Assembly (NCBI GenBank): GCA_002633005.1 | Contig: NMRA01000674.1 | Coordinates: 1 to 64,000, forward strand | DNA: 64,000 nt | Direction: 5' to 3' | DNA from: Phoronis australis | Taxonomy: Eukaryota > Animalia > Phoronida | Shown here: positions 36,499-48,690 of the stretch, piece after piece | How the letters are laid out: the number at the start of each line of letters is the position of its first letter | Position numbering within the stretch: position 1 is the stretch's first letter | Program-made: the position numbers and the translations under genes | The notes under the pieces: generated by a model | Seen by the model: the letters and a program-made list of their open reading frames with translations, nothing else | The model's database searches: none | Told to the model about the DNA's origin: nothing

Positions 36499-39400
36499 TG
36501 TTAGGTAGGCAGTAACCTAGTAAATTGGTATAACACGTATATTGCTTGTTGAAAAGATGGTAACTACATATAATACGGAAATACTAGTAAATAGGTCTAT
36601 ACACTACGGAGTCCTTTGCCACACAGATTGTAGAATCTAAGTGAGTCTTCTCTGAGACTGGTGGGTTCAATGTTCGTGGTTGGCACACCTTCTAATGGTG
36701 TGTGGTCGGCACACCAACCTCCCCCCGCTCATCTAGCGTTAGGGCGGAAATCGAGTTGGTGGCAGTCCTTTGTTGGAGTGGAACGATCGCCGAGGCACGT
36801 CAAAATGGTCATGGCAACATGCGAAGTTGTAGCAGGTATCGGGTGCCTCTTCGAAAACCTTTCGCATGCGGCGGGCATAACAGAGCCGACCGTCTGAAAG
36901 GCGATAAGTCCAGTTGCCAATGCAGTCGACAACTTTGAGAGGCGCTGACCATGGTGACGATCCCTTGGGAGTATGTGGTTTCTTCACACGTACGGAATCG
37001 CCAGTTTTGTAGGGTCCTCTGTGTGTCACTGGTGTAGGTTTTGGGCGAGCGGACTCACGCTTCTTCTCAGAGAAGACTGGAACGCGCTCCCCTCCACGAG
37101 GGGTCCGAACAACCTCGTAGGCAAGTCAAAATTTGCGGTGCAAGAAACGTTCGGCTGGGCTGTTGTCAGCAGATGTAGCCCGAAAATGAGCCAGTAAATT
37201 CTCTAGGTGTTGGTCCCACGGAACGTCGTCACTCTTGGTTTGTATGCCGTTCTTTAATAACGGTTGAAAACCTCGATTTTGCCATTTTGTCGTGGGTGAT
37301 AGACTGCAATGTCTTCGTGGAAAATGTCTCTGTTGCGGAGGAACACCTCAAAATCGTAGCTCGTGAACTGTGGGCCGTGGTCAGATACAAGCAGGTCGGG
37401 GTTGCCAAAAGTTGAAAAAAGATTGCGCAGCCAGCGGATAACGGTAGCAGTGGTAATGTCGCCCGTGCTGAGAATGAAGGGGAATGACGAATGGTAGTCG
37501 ATGGCAGCTAGTATGAAGCGTTTGTTCGGAGGTGCACTGAGTGGCAAAAGGTCCAGTGATGTCGATGCCGATCTTTTTCCAGGGCTGGGTTGGTGGTGGT
37601 ATGGCATTCGAGGGTACGTGGTATGCTGGAGCAGATTTATTGGTATGCTGGAGCAGATTTATTGGAATCCTGGCACGCAGCACAATATCGTACTGAATGT
37701 TCCACTTCTTTATTCATACCAGGCCACCAGTAGGCTTCACGTAGTTTGTGTTTCATCCGGCGATGAATGCCGGAGTGGCGTAAATGGGCTATCTGTAGGA
37801 TTTGCTGCCGGAGGCTCGTAGGTGCGACAATCCGTGTAATAACAGTGGTGTCAGAGCTGTCCTGTACCAATTTAAGTAACCATCTTCTAGAGACAGTCCG
37901 CTACGAACTTGGTAGAAACGTTGCAGAGCCGGAGACAGGTTTGTTCTGGAAGGCCATCCATTGCATACGCAACTGGTGAGCAGTTCATAAGTGGAGTCTT
38001 TGCTGCAGGCAGAGCGAATGGCGTCTAATGAAAAACCGTCATTACTCGCAGTAGCGATGATAGCTTTGACGGAGGGGTCATTGACCCCAGCAACTGCGTC
38101 ATTTTTCGTAGTTAAGCGACTTAAATAGTCAGCGGGAACATTGTCTTGTCCTTTTCTGTACTCTAGGGTATAATTGAAAATGGCAAGGCGGTCATTCCAA
38201 CGGATGAATTTACCGCGTTTTCTGCCTGTGCCGGTTTGACTCAGCATTGACGTAAGTGCTGAGTGGTCTGTGCGAATTGTGAAATTTCGTCCTTAGCAAG
38301 AACTTCTCCCAGTACTCCGAGAATTGAACCGTTTTGACGGCAAGGGCTTCACGCTCATTTACTGCATAGGAGCGCTGGCGCTCATCGAGTGTTTTGCTGC
38401 CAAACAGAATGGGCACTTCCTTTCCGTTTTGGATTTGTGACAGCACAGCACCAAGGCCGACATCAGACGCGTCAATGGAGAGGATGATGTCACTTGTAGG
38501 GTCAAAAAGGTGTAGTTCCAAGTTCTGACACAGCATGGCTTTTATCGTGTCAAACGCCTGTTGGCACTGTGCAGACCACACAAACTTTACATTGTTTCGT
38601 GTGAGGGCACGGAATGGCTCAGACATCTCAGCAAAATGGTCCAAAAAATCTTTGTAGTAGTTGAGTGAACCTAGGAATCGTTGCACGTCTTTCAGAGCCG
38701 TCGGAACAGGTGCATTACGCACCGCGGCAAGGTTTGCGGGGTCGGGTTTCACTTTGTTGTGGGAGACAATGTAACCCAAGTATGGTAACTCTTCGACACC
38801 AATGACACATTTCTTGGGGTTGACACGTAGGTTGTTGTCACTCAACCGTTGCAATAGGTTGTCGAGATTGTGGTACAGTTCGTCCCACGTGCTACCCTTG
38901 ACCGCAATGTCGTCCATGTAGGCCTTGCACCCAGGAAGGTCACTTACAATGTTAGAAATGAGGTACTGGAAAACTGCAGCACTGTCTGTAAGACCCATAG
39001 ACAGGCGGTTGTAGGCATACAACCCCTTGGGTGCAATTGTAGGCCTGGTAGTAAGCAGACGACTCTCAACATCGAGCAACGTATTAAAGTAACCCCACCA
39101 AATATCAATTTTAGCATAATACTTGGCGCCTTGCAAATCCTGGATGACATCGCTGATGACGGGAAGCGGGGAAATCGAGATGGTATGACTTGACGATTCA
39201 AGCCTGTCAGGTCCGTAGTAATGCGCACGGAACCATCCGGTTTCCACACTTACCAGCGGGTGTTGCCACAAGGGTCGTTCGTGTGGCTGGAGTTTGGTCC
39301 GTATTCCTTGCGCTTCCATTTGGTCAATGGTTTTTGCAGCGTCTGCGCGGCGGTAATATGGTATTGGCCGCAGGCAGGCACGTGTAGGCAAAGCATTGGG

Positions 39401-39695
39401 TTGCAGTTGTATGGTTTGTGCAAAATCAGGAAACAAGCCAATGGTAGATTCTGTAAGTGTAGGGTATTTGCTTAGCAGACGAACGCAGTCGTCGCGGGTG
39501 CGGCAGCTTGTAGTAACGGCTTGAACTGATTGCATAGGGCCATCCAGTGTGACTAACTGTAAAGCAGTGATGGCATTTTTTCCAGCAATAGGCGCACACC
39601 GGTTGGGAGTAGAATTTAAGTGATTCATCTCTGAGACTCGTGACTTCAATGTTCGTGGTTGGCACACCTTCTAATGGTGTGTGGTCTGCACACCA
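36499..39695 (-). mobile_element. Ty3/Gypsy LTR retrotransposon, internally deleted and frameshifted
   Basis: TG...CA ends; 5-bp TSD GTTAG (36494-36498, 39696-39700); 3' LTR 36499-36716 next to a polypurine tract (36717-36728); partial 5' LTR ~39627-39695; pol order RT-RNaseH-integrase. Confidence 0.93.
36739..39600 (-). pseudogene. Gypsy pol remnant (RT, RNase H, integrase)
   Basis: AYMDDI, DASDVGLGAVL, YAVNEREALA, H..H.GI...YWWPGM...C..C zinc finger, PWKKIGIDITGP, VSDHGPQFTS and YHPRQNGKIEVFNR across several frames. Confidence 0.9.
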
Positions 39696-39985
39696 GTTAG
39701 AGCTTTAATAGCTGCTTGGCGGTTGGAGAGTATGAAGAGTCCCCTGTTTCCAAGGACTGTTTCATGCTCCCTTGCCAGTTGGGCAGCCTGGTGAATGGCG
39801 ACAATTTCAGCCTGAAAGACTGTAACGGTGTTACCCAGTGAGATCCAGCTTTCTTTGTCGCCACCTGCAAGGCCTGGAAAGTAAATTCCTGATCCTGACT
39901 ATCCGTTCTCAAGTTTAAAGCCATCAGTGTAACAAACGGACTGATGGTCATTGTAATCAATGATTTCTCCAATTTCTGTATAGAA
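39696..39985 (-). mobile_element. Non-LTR retrotransposon remnant: N-terminal half of the same RNase H
   Basis: CYTDG...SGSGIY...TVFQAEIVAI...QAAIKAL joins TKPK at 36498 once the LTR element and one TSD copy are removed. Confidence 0.85.
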
Positions 39986-40799
39986 ATTGTGTCAGGGAGC
40001 CAAGAGAATGACACTCAAAAATTGAGCTAGATAAACTTTTCTGGTAACCACTTCAAACTGCCTACAATACCTCCAACGTAATCCATTGTATCAAAATTGG
40101 TCACTGCCAGACAATTGAAGTGGTGGGACTGAAGTATCGGCCAGGTAAAAAATTGAGCTAGATCAATCCAAGAGGTAACCGCGTGAAACCAGTTGCAAAA
40201 TATTCACCGTGAGCCCAGGTATCACAAATAAACATTGCTAGACAAATCTAGTGGTTTGTTAGCCCCGCCAAACACGCCCAAATACTCCAGAAGCTGGATA
40301 AACCCACCAGGTAACCGTTTAAAACCAAATTGACCAATGTTCACCATCTCTGCACATGACACAACAGTAAGGTGCCAGCGGTGGGGTGCCCCCCTCAGAC
40401 AAATTATAAGGAGTCGAAGCAGAATTCATTAGAAGCCGATTCACGCTGAATAAGCACCACATTGAGGAGCCAGGCACTTCGATTTTCAATAAAGCCAGTG
40501 AGTCCGTGCGACATAGGTTGCTACACAAGGTGAAAAATTTTTGTCCGCAAGTTTACGTCGGGGCATGAAAACCAGTAACATTGTGCCTGAGGTTGGAGCG
40601 ACCTCACAAGTTCATGCGACAACAGCGGAATACTCCACATGATTCACTATTAAAAACAAAACCTAAAAACCTGTGAGTGACGGATGGCACATTGTGTTTG
40701 CAGGAATCTATATTTTTCGTTATCCTATTTTGCCAGTTTAAACTAAGTCCCTCTGTTTTCGAATGAATTTACTCAAATCTACTAAGTTCTTTATTAGAT

Positions 40800-42240
40800 G
40801 CAACTGCTAAAACGAGGAATCATATCAAAATGGCGACTTTTGCTGTCGTCTGCATTATGTATGCGCACCAGCTACCTTAATTTCACACAGTACGTGATTA
40901 ATGTCAAATTTGGCAAAACTGCTCAGTTTTGGACAACCTACACTTTTCTCATAAACCGCGCCCACAGAGAACTCCAGAGATGCGTCAAGACCAATGGCGT
41001 CAGTGGCTATATCAACATTTGCCCTAAACCGCCCAAACTAAGCCAGCTGGGGAACATTGCCTTACCAAAAGTTGAAATTCGTGAAGTGCTGCAAAACAGC
41101 GCGTTCTTAGTGCGACCTACGAGGAAGAAATTAGTAGATCGGCTGTTGACCTCTCTTTGGAACACTAAGTCCGTTAACCCGCGGGATGCAGCATCGAGCA
41201 TGAAAGGGATAGTGGCTTTCCGCAGCTCCGAGAATGCAATGCGTCGATGTTCCCTCTCTATGACACAAAGGGCAATGGCTGTAACTGAACTTAAAACATT
41301 TGCAAGACTTGAAATTGGGTAGAATGCAAAGAGTCAGTGCACGGTCCTTTAAGAATCAAAAAGAAAAAATCGACAATTTGTGCAATCCGTTTGCGGACGA
41401 CGGCTCCACCTGGTCTGGTTAATATGCAACGGCCAAGCAGCAACCCAAGCAACGGGAGACTATCTGATCAATGCGCTGATCTGAGGCCATGATGCAAGAA
41501 AAACTCCAACACGAATGAGAAAACGACAGCACTAGGTTTCTGCGACCACTGAAACGTACAGCTGTCCAAATTTCGCTGCTGATAGCGTGAAGAAGAAAAC
41601 CAAGTCATCAGCCTCACAGAGAAACAAGACAACCGCAAACAGCCTCAAAGATTTTTTCATACGCATAATCGTAGTTGTAGCAGAAAGGACAGACTTCGAC
41701 CTCTGAAAATTTCTCTCACATCCAATCACACCTTACCCGTTATCACTTGCTCACTGCGTCAAATCCGAAACGTCTGTTTTGTTGAAAAAACATGAATTGT
41801 TCCAGACAGAACCTATAACAGATGGAAACTTTCTACAGTGCTACGTGACGGTTTCTGATGGCGGACTTCTTCTACATTCGGTCATCTCACAGACGAGGAA
41901 CAACTTACGGATCAGTTGGGCGATCGATGTTATCAGAGGTCTGTTCGGGGACACTAAGTATGTTGAAAACTCAATCAAGGACAGTAAACAGAAACAACGC
42001 GGCGAACCTAATTCCATGTCCAAAAGATGCCATAACAGGGCCTAATCATATGCGACAGAGCTCACAAACACTTCTTAGCAACACCGCGTTCAAGAATGAA
42101 CTGGTATATGTTTGGTGGGAAACCCTTGTTTGTTTAGCATGGTGCATGGTGACTGCTACAAGTTCTTTCCCGACGATAACCAGCAGATCATGGTGAAAAA
42201 ACCTGATCATCTCCAAGGCAACCACGAGGAAGCGGACACG
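40800..42240 (+). pseudogene. Decayed Academ-like transposase/PIN(XPG)-like nuclease coding sequence
   Basis: Fragments KTAQFW..Y, AVDLSLE, NRDAASSMKGIVAF...AMRR, PITPYPLSLAH, DGGLLLHSV and LQGNHEEADT, with many frameshifts; truncated at the Kolobok TTAA. Confidence 0.6.
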
Positions 42241-42244
42241 TTAA

Positions 42245-43903
42245 AGGAGAATGCCACCAAAAGCAGCCTATTTTGTATCAATTTAGAACGAGTAGTTCCA
42301 CTCTATAACAGCAAGTACAGTTCTTTTACCTGACACCTGACGGCAGACGGTGGTGTTAAAATTAACCAATGACGTCAGAGGTTCGAACGCAGTCTGTTCA
42401 GCAGTGCACACCACGCTTACTGGTGTCAGCTTATCGCTTAAATTCATCGTTTTACATACGAATAAATCACCTAAAATCGATGTAAAACCATTACAAATAC
42501 ATCGAGTTCATGAACAAACGTGTTGTTTTATTTCGCTGTGACGGATTTCAAGTTCGGTAGGCCAATTAACTTAGTTCGGTCACGGGAGTTTGGGGTCTGT
42601 TCGGTGATAAATTCGAATTATTCTTCCGTGAAATACAGAGAGGAGAACATAGCAGAGTGTTATAATTTTAGACTTGCGATTTTCTTCAGTTGGAAACTCA
42701 CGATCCCGGCAGTGGCTCGGAATACCACCAGGCCCATCGGGCTGCCAGATTGAAGACATCACGAACATAAACCAGCCAAAGTTGTAAACTAAGCTTCCAG
42801 TCGCGAAAAGACTATACTAATGAGCCAAATAAATAATATGCACGTGATCATTTTGCGAATTTACTTACTCGTCTGTGGCTGCGAAGTCAGCTAGGTTTCT
42901 CTTCCACAGAACGCAGGGCAAAAGTTGTAAAGTAACAATGATTCGAATATGTATATCTAAATACAGATTCCCCTAACACCCGACCATAGGAAATAAAATC
43001 GAGTTATTGTTTCACAACAGCTTTCTGTCAGCAAACACTGAATTAGCATGCACTGACACGGCTTCGGTGCCCGGTCAATTAGCTTTATAGCATCTCAAGA
43101 CGGTTCGCAGTGATTTATTCATTGCTGGCTTCTCAGAACGTTTGCACTCACGAACACTCCAAATGCATTACAATTGTATCTAATAAGACAGTCTTTGATT
43201 CAGTTTTACATAAGCATTGGTTGGGGTGAGAATAATTCATATTGAAACCGAACGCACAATAAAACACCATCCGGGACATGGCAGCTCGCAATCCCGACTT
43301 AGACGAGTGCTCATCCGACGAAGACTTCACAAGTCGATCGTTAGGTTTCACAGGCGTATCAGTTCGAACAGGAATACACCGACCAAGAAATACTAGAGAG
43401 GTGCTCTGAACATGCACAGACAACGGAACACATGGATAGTTCCGAAACCCATTTGAATAACTTGTCATGGTGTCAGTGCACTAACTGCACGATAATAGAA
43501 ACGCCTGACGTTTGCGTTTGTTGCTACCAAATTCCGCAAGTGAAACGCCTTCTTGGAGAAGCGCAGATGTGTGTCTCACGGACCATCCTGATTTTGCACC
43601 GCATCTAAACAGAGGTGTGCTTACGACGTTTTTTAGGGCTGCCTTGAATTATTTGTAATTGTTCATGTTTTCATGGCCAGCTGCAATTCTCCATAGTCAA
43701 AAACTGATCAACAACTGATCCACGTTTCTTTGCCTCTTGCCTGCCGAACGCAAATACACTAGGCACAGCATCTGAGTTCAGCCTCAGTCTCTTTTTCTGC
43801 CTTGGCATGAACTGTTTGTCCAGGCCGGCATTCGTTAGTGAAATAACTGTCGACAAAATCCCGGCCACGGACACGTTTCACCTCCTTATATACTTGGTAT
43901 TTA
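42245..43903 (-). mobile_element. Kolobok-type element, copy 3 (inverted, one end lost, different internal deletion)
   Basis: TTAA-AGGAGAATGCCACC at 42241; reverse-complement similarity to 2100-3371; THAP C-terminal remnant LRLNSDAVPSVFAF on - (43671-43900). Confidence 0.85.
43278..43658 (+). pseudogene. Kolobok accessory ORF remnant, Cys-rich, P2X7 C-terminal ballast/nanor-like
   Basis: With two frameshifts: YQFEQEYTDQEILER...LNNLSWCQCTNCTIIETPDVCVCCYQIPQV...C.TDHPDFAPHLNRGVL. Confidence 0.75.
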
Positions 43904-44049
43904 CATGGGCGGCGGAGCATTGAAAAAAGTGGGGGACTAAAGCCCCTCAGCCCCCCTGTAGTGCACCGCCTATAGAGCCATGTGCGGCGTAGCACTGAAA
44001 AAGTGGGGTACTATAGCCCCCCCCAGCCCCCTATGATGCGCCACCCATG
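43904..44049. mobile_element. Small GC-rich MITE, same family as 34431-34581
   Basis: CATGGG...CCCATG termini; reverse-complement match to the 34431 copy. Confidence 0.7.
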
Positions 44050-46009
44050 GTTCTACATCTCATATGGGGCTCAGTCATCGTGGCGACAGCCCCAGGCATC
44101 CACACTGGGGAAGGGGGTATCCAACCACTTTGGAAATCGTGACTGGTATGCAGTTGAATTAAATAAAGATTCTAGGTTATGTTTCACCTTTTTACTTTTG
44201 ATCATTACTAGGATGGACGCATTTTAGTTGAGAGAGAGAGCGTCCAATTAAAAGTCGTCCGTGCATCGGCCAAACATCTGCATGCTACTGTCCCACCGCT
44301 GAAATTGTCTGTAAGATACATTTTGTTGCATGCGGAGTGTTGCTGGACATTAAGCAAATGGTTTCAAACGGTTACCTGGCGGGTAAATCTAGCTCAACGC
44401 AGATATTTGGTCGTGTTTGGCGGGTCTAACCCACCACTGTTTCGGTCGCAGCGTTTATTTATGATACATGGACTTACGTAGAATATTTTGCGACTGGTTT
44501 TACGCAGTTACCTCTTGGGTTGATTTAGCTCAAACTGGAGCCCTTTTTATAATCGTCTGGCAGGGACACCCCACCGCTGAAATTGTCTAGCATCTTACTC
44601 GGTTGTGCCATGTGCAGCGATGTTGAACATCGTGCAATTGATTTCAAGCGGTTCCCTAGTGGGTTGATCTAGCTCAACACAGATATTTGGGCGTGTCTGG
44701 CGGGGCTAACCCACCACTAGATTTGTCTGGCATTGTTTATTGTGATACCTGGGCTTAAGATGATTTTTTGCAACTGGTTTTATGCTGTTACCTCTTGGGT
44801 TGATTTAGCCCAAATTTTAATACTTTTTGATATTCGTCTGGCAGGGGCACCCCACCACTGAATGTTGTGCCATGTGCAGTGATGTCGAACATCGTGCAAT
44901 TGGTTTCAAACGGTGGGTTGATCTAGCTCAATTCGGGTATTTTGGCGTGTCTAACCCACCACTAGATTTGTCTAGCAGTGTTTATTTGTGATACCTGGGC
45001 TTACGGTGAATATTTTGCAACTGGTTTCAAGCGGTTACCTGTTGGATTGATCTAGCTCAGTTTTTTACCTTGTTTATAACCGTCTGGCCGATACTCCCCA
45101 CCACTGAAATTGTCTGGCAGTGACCAATTTTGATACAGTGGATTACGTAGGAGGTATTGTAGGCAGTTTGAAGTGGTTACCAGAAAAGTTTATCTACAGT
45201 ACCTCAATTTTTGAGTCATTCTCGTGGCTCTTGGCTCCCCTGACCACACCCACCAGAGCGAACCTGCGCCAGACGGCCATTTCCAAGCATGAGGATATCC
45301 ACTGAGCACTGTAGCACCAAAGAAAATTAGTTACCTTTTCATGCCCCAAAAAGCTCTATGATCCCGGTCTATTATGTATCACAGTTGGGACTCTCAAGGA
45401 CATCTTCTTTTTGCTTGCGCACACACCAACCTTCTCCTGCACACTATCCCCTGCTGGTTACTGGCTCACGCACTAACTCGCCGATCGAGCTCAGGCGGAT
45501 GGAATGTCTTATGGAGACTTTAATTGCTCCAATAGATTATTTTAAATATCGTAAAATCAAATAGAAACGTTAACTGCTACGAATGTTATCCAGTTTATCA
45601 AATTTCCTTGAAAAAAATATCGATACTTTATCAATACTTGTATTCACGTAAGCGAATGCAACAGCATTCTCACTATCCATAGCAGATATTGTCACCATAA
45701 CATGAATATTTAATTATTCCTTTTATGTATTAAATACATTGGCAGCTCCAGTTAAGGGATTTTGTTTAAAACGAAATGGGCTAGAAATTGTTTGCGAATA
45801 GATACTGTTAATCGTGTGTAGAAATTTCATTTCAGATTGTCCGCCAAGTGGTCCGAGAGAAGAGAGCAACGCGCGAAGGAATGGAAAAGCTTTCGCAAGC
45901 AAAGACCTCGTACAGGAGAGGTATGGTCACCATGTGTCGCAAAAATATGTTGAATCCATCCGTAAATGGAAAGGCGTTGTTGCCTGCTTAAAGCTTCACA
46001 GAAACGGAT

Positions 46010-46640
46010 TTGCCTAATTTCACAAAAACCCATCAATGAACCCCAAATGCAAATGAAAAAAAAAAACAAAACTACCACAAGGGGCCCAGACGTTATCTGA
46101 TTGGTCTGAAACTTGCCATTCGTTGCCATCACCATAGGAACACATCTGCCAAATTTCATCAAGATCCTTCAATGGGTTAAAGAGATAGTCATGGGAACAC
46201 AAAATTGCCACTAAAAGGCCCCAGAGTAGTTATTCGAAATTCAATGTCGGACGTTATCTTCTCATCAGGAACACATCTAGAAATTTTTATTACGATCTTT
46301 TGAGTAATTAAGCAGATAGTGTGGAACACACCACAAAACGGACTAAAAAATGGCTACAAGGTGGCAAAATACGCCAGAACAGAATATCGTGGCCAACTTA
46401 ATAAAAACTTCTCCCTCAAATTTCATGAAAGTCCATCAAGGAACTCTAGATACAGAAGTAAATGTCAAAAGGAAAATTGTCAGTAGAGGGCACAGCAGTC
46501 CGAAATCATCATCTGTCAACTTAACAGAAACCATCTGCCAAATTTCAGTAAGATCCTGAGGTTTAGGAGATACAATAGCGGATGTTGGACACAGATAACT
46601 ACAATATGCATCCACATATAAGTAAGTGGGCCCATAAAAA
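46010..46640 (-). mobile_element. Degenerate HINE-like element on the minus strand
   Basis: Reverse complement begins TTTTTATGGGCCCAC...ATATGTGGATGCATA followed by TGTATCTCCTAAACC / GAAATTTGGCAGATG cores. Confidence 0.65.
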
Positions 46641-46798
46641 CCAGAGATGAAGGTCTCCCTGTGCATTTGGTATGAAGATAATAGCACTAACTCCAACACA
46701 CTTGTTGTATGACAAATTTAATGGTAACAGCCAAATATATTACACTCAAGGATTGGAGTTGTGTAAATAAAGTCCAATTTCTGACGTTGGTCCAAAGT

Positions 46799-46824
46799 TT
46801 ACTTCAGATCTTTCACCGCAAGAC
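46799..46824 (-). CDS. RPL38: 60S ribosomal protein L38 (eL38), last coding exon
   Basis: TTTGTTTCAG acceptor, then (G)LAVKDLK-stop; ATTAAA signal at 46717-46722 on -. Confidence 0.95.
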
Positions 46825-46903
46825 CTGAAACAAAACAAAACATCTAAGAAAATTTACAGAATATTACTACAAATGAAAGTGAAGTGGTGGATGGGAAACC
46901 AAA

Positions 46904-46999
46904 TGCCAGAATCAGACTTCAAAATAAGCCTTTTTTATTCACTGTGCTCAATGCACTCCCATAAGGGGTGTCAAAAGCTTTAGTCATCATGTGCAGGCA
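46904..46999 (-). ncRNA. Box C/D snoRNA, SNORD60-like, copy A (last RPL38 intron)
   Basis: C box ATGATGA (46984-46990), D box CTGA (46912-46915), terminal TGCC/GGCA stem, TTTGACACCCCTTATGG guide segment shared with copy B; D box ~87 nt from the 3' splice site. Confidence 0.8.
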
Positions 47000-47448
47000 G
47001 CTGGTCAGTAAAATCCATGTTAGTGAAACTCTGGTTATTCCAATAAAAAACATGTGCTTAACAGAAGGGGTATGGTGATAAATACAATAAAATCAAGATA
47101 ATTTATGAATGATGTTAAAAAATCGCATAACAATCAATGATACAGGATGTTCAAAAACACTTACGAACAAACAGGCGTTGAACATCAAACATTTACATGG
47201 TAAATAACATGAAGAGTAACATTAATAATAACAATAACACATGAATGTAAAACATATTTTTACAATTCCTTTCTTTTTTTCTTTCAGAAAATACAGATTT
47301 TTGTTAATTGTCATAACCTGACATATGAGTAAGAATGAACATCACTAAATTAGATTTGAGATAACCTTAAGGAACAAATTTTTGTTTCATTTCTAAATCA
47401 TTGGACGAGACAATAATGATCATGCTGATCACACGATAACAAACTATC

Positions 47449-47550
47449 CAAAACTCAGTAAGCATAGCGTAACCATTGGTGGCTGTTTCATTAAATGCCA
47501 AAACTCAGTAAGCATAGTGTAACCATTGCTGGCTGTTCCATTAAATGCCA
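47449..47550. repeat. ~50-bp tandem duplication
   Basis: CAAAACTCAGTAAGCATAG(C/T)GTAACCATTG(G/C)TGGCTGTT(T/C)CATTAAATGC x2. Confidence 0.85.
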
Positions 47551-47610
47551 TTTTATACAAGATAAAATTTGGTATCGCACTAGCTTTTCAAGTGGTACCC
47601 AACCTATTAC

Positions 47611-47733
47611 CTGGCGGTAATGACTGCTTCAGTTTCTCTGCCTTATCTTTGTCCTGAATTACCAATGTGTACAGAAACCGACTACAGCGCACCTTGAACT
47701 TAACATTGTCGCTATTTTTCTTGATTTTCACAG
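47611..47733 (-). CDS. RPL38: 60S ribosomal protein L38, coding exon 3
   Basis: 123 nt, AG/GT bounded: (S)[40 protein letters not shown](G). Confidence 0.97.
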
Positions 47734-48284
47734 CTGCAACAACAGGGAAAGCACTTTATACAACAGATATAACAGATATCACTGTGATGAAACTGCGCTT
47801 ATGCCAGTACTTTTAAGTAAGAGACTTGGGATACAGAGGATTGCACTGAACGGCAAGAGTAAAGTTACCACATTCAGCGCTGGACACTTAGCTAAACATC
47901 AAGATGCATCTGGCCACCTGGGAGTTTGGCCAACGAAATCTGAGGTCACCAAAACTGAAGACAATCGCCAGTAGCAAAAAGTTCTGAGTTACCCATTTGG
48001 TATAAACTTTCGTAGACGGAAAACAATGTCGGACGCCCCATTCTCCTTTCGAATTTTGCCAATGAATCTCAACTACATTAATTTTCTTAATCCACAAACT
48101 ACTTTAGTCCTCCCGTCAACGACACATGAAACAGCATGGAATGCAGACGGCATGAATTTTGCCGATCTCGGCCAATTTTTGCCAGACAATTTTCATTTCT
48201 GTCCATTTCTTCCTGTTTCAATTTCAATGTGGTAGCAAATGCACTGACTTCGGAAAAAAATTAAAAAAGGAAAACTGTTGGTAA

Positions 48285-48511
48285 CTTCAGGAAATCAACA
48301 GGAGCCTTGAAACAAATTTAGAGAGAATTATTGTCCGAGTTCTGATACTCGGAGTGGCGACCTCGTGGTACTTTTCCCAGGTCACCAAACACAATCTGAG
48401 GTTGCATTGGCCAAATCGAGCACTGACAGTGCATAGAAAGAATCTAGGGCAGGGCTTTTGGATTCCAACAACAAACTGCAGACTCTTAACATCTGACATA
48501 GTCATCCTAAG
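48285..48511 (-). ncRNA. Candidate long structured intronic RNA (atypical C/D or H/ACA-like)
   Basis: AGGATGA at 48502-48508, CTGA at 48287-48290, short CTT/AAG closing stem; internal hairpins GGTGACCT/AGGTCGCC and TCCGAGT/ACTCGGA. Confidence 0.35.
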
Positions 48512-48609
48512 GCTACACCACTTACTCACACTTCCTACCCCACCAGGGGTTGACAAATAAGGTAATAATCAACAATAAACCTCCATTACACAGCATCACG
48601 GGAAACACA

Positions 48610-48690
48610 TGGCTCAGTGTTGAGTACATAGAATGGGCTGTGGTCTCCCCAGTAGTTGGTAAGAGAGGGCAAGTCCAATCATCACAGCCA
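48610..48690 (-). ncRNA. Box C/D snoRNA, SNORD103/SNORD85-like
   Basis: TGGCT-GTGATGA...CTGA-GCCA with terminal stem; guide GACTTGCCCTC is complementary to conserved 18S GAGGGCAAGTC. Confidence 0.8.

Larger units (their letters stand above)
39988..45247. mobile_element. Large element with long, internally repetitive inverted arms (putative decayed Academ-like DNA transposon)
   Basis: 39988-40400 is the reverse complement of repeats in 44290-45247 (GTCAGGGAGCCAAGAG...CTCAAAAATTGAG; GGTAACC; TAGCTCAA subrepeats). The arms enclose the transposase remnant. TSD not identified. Confidence 0.55.
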
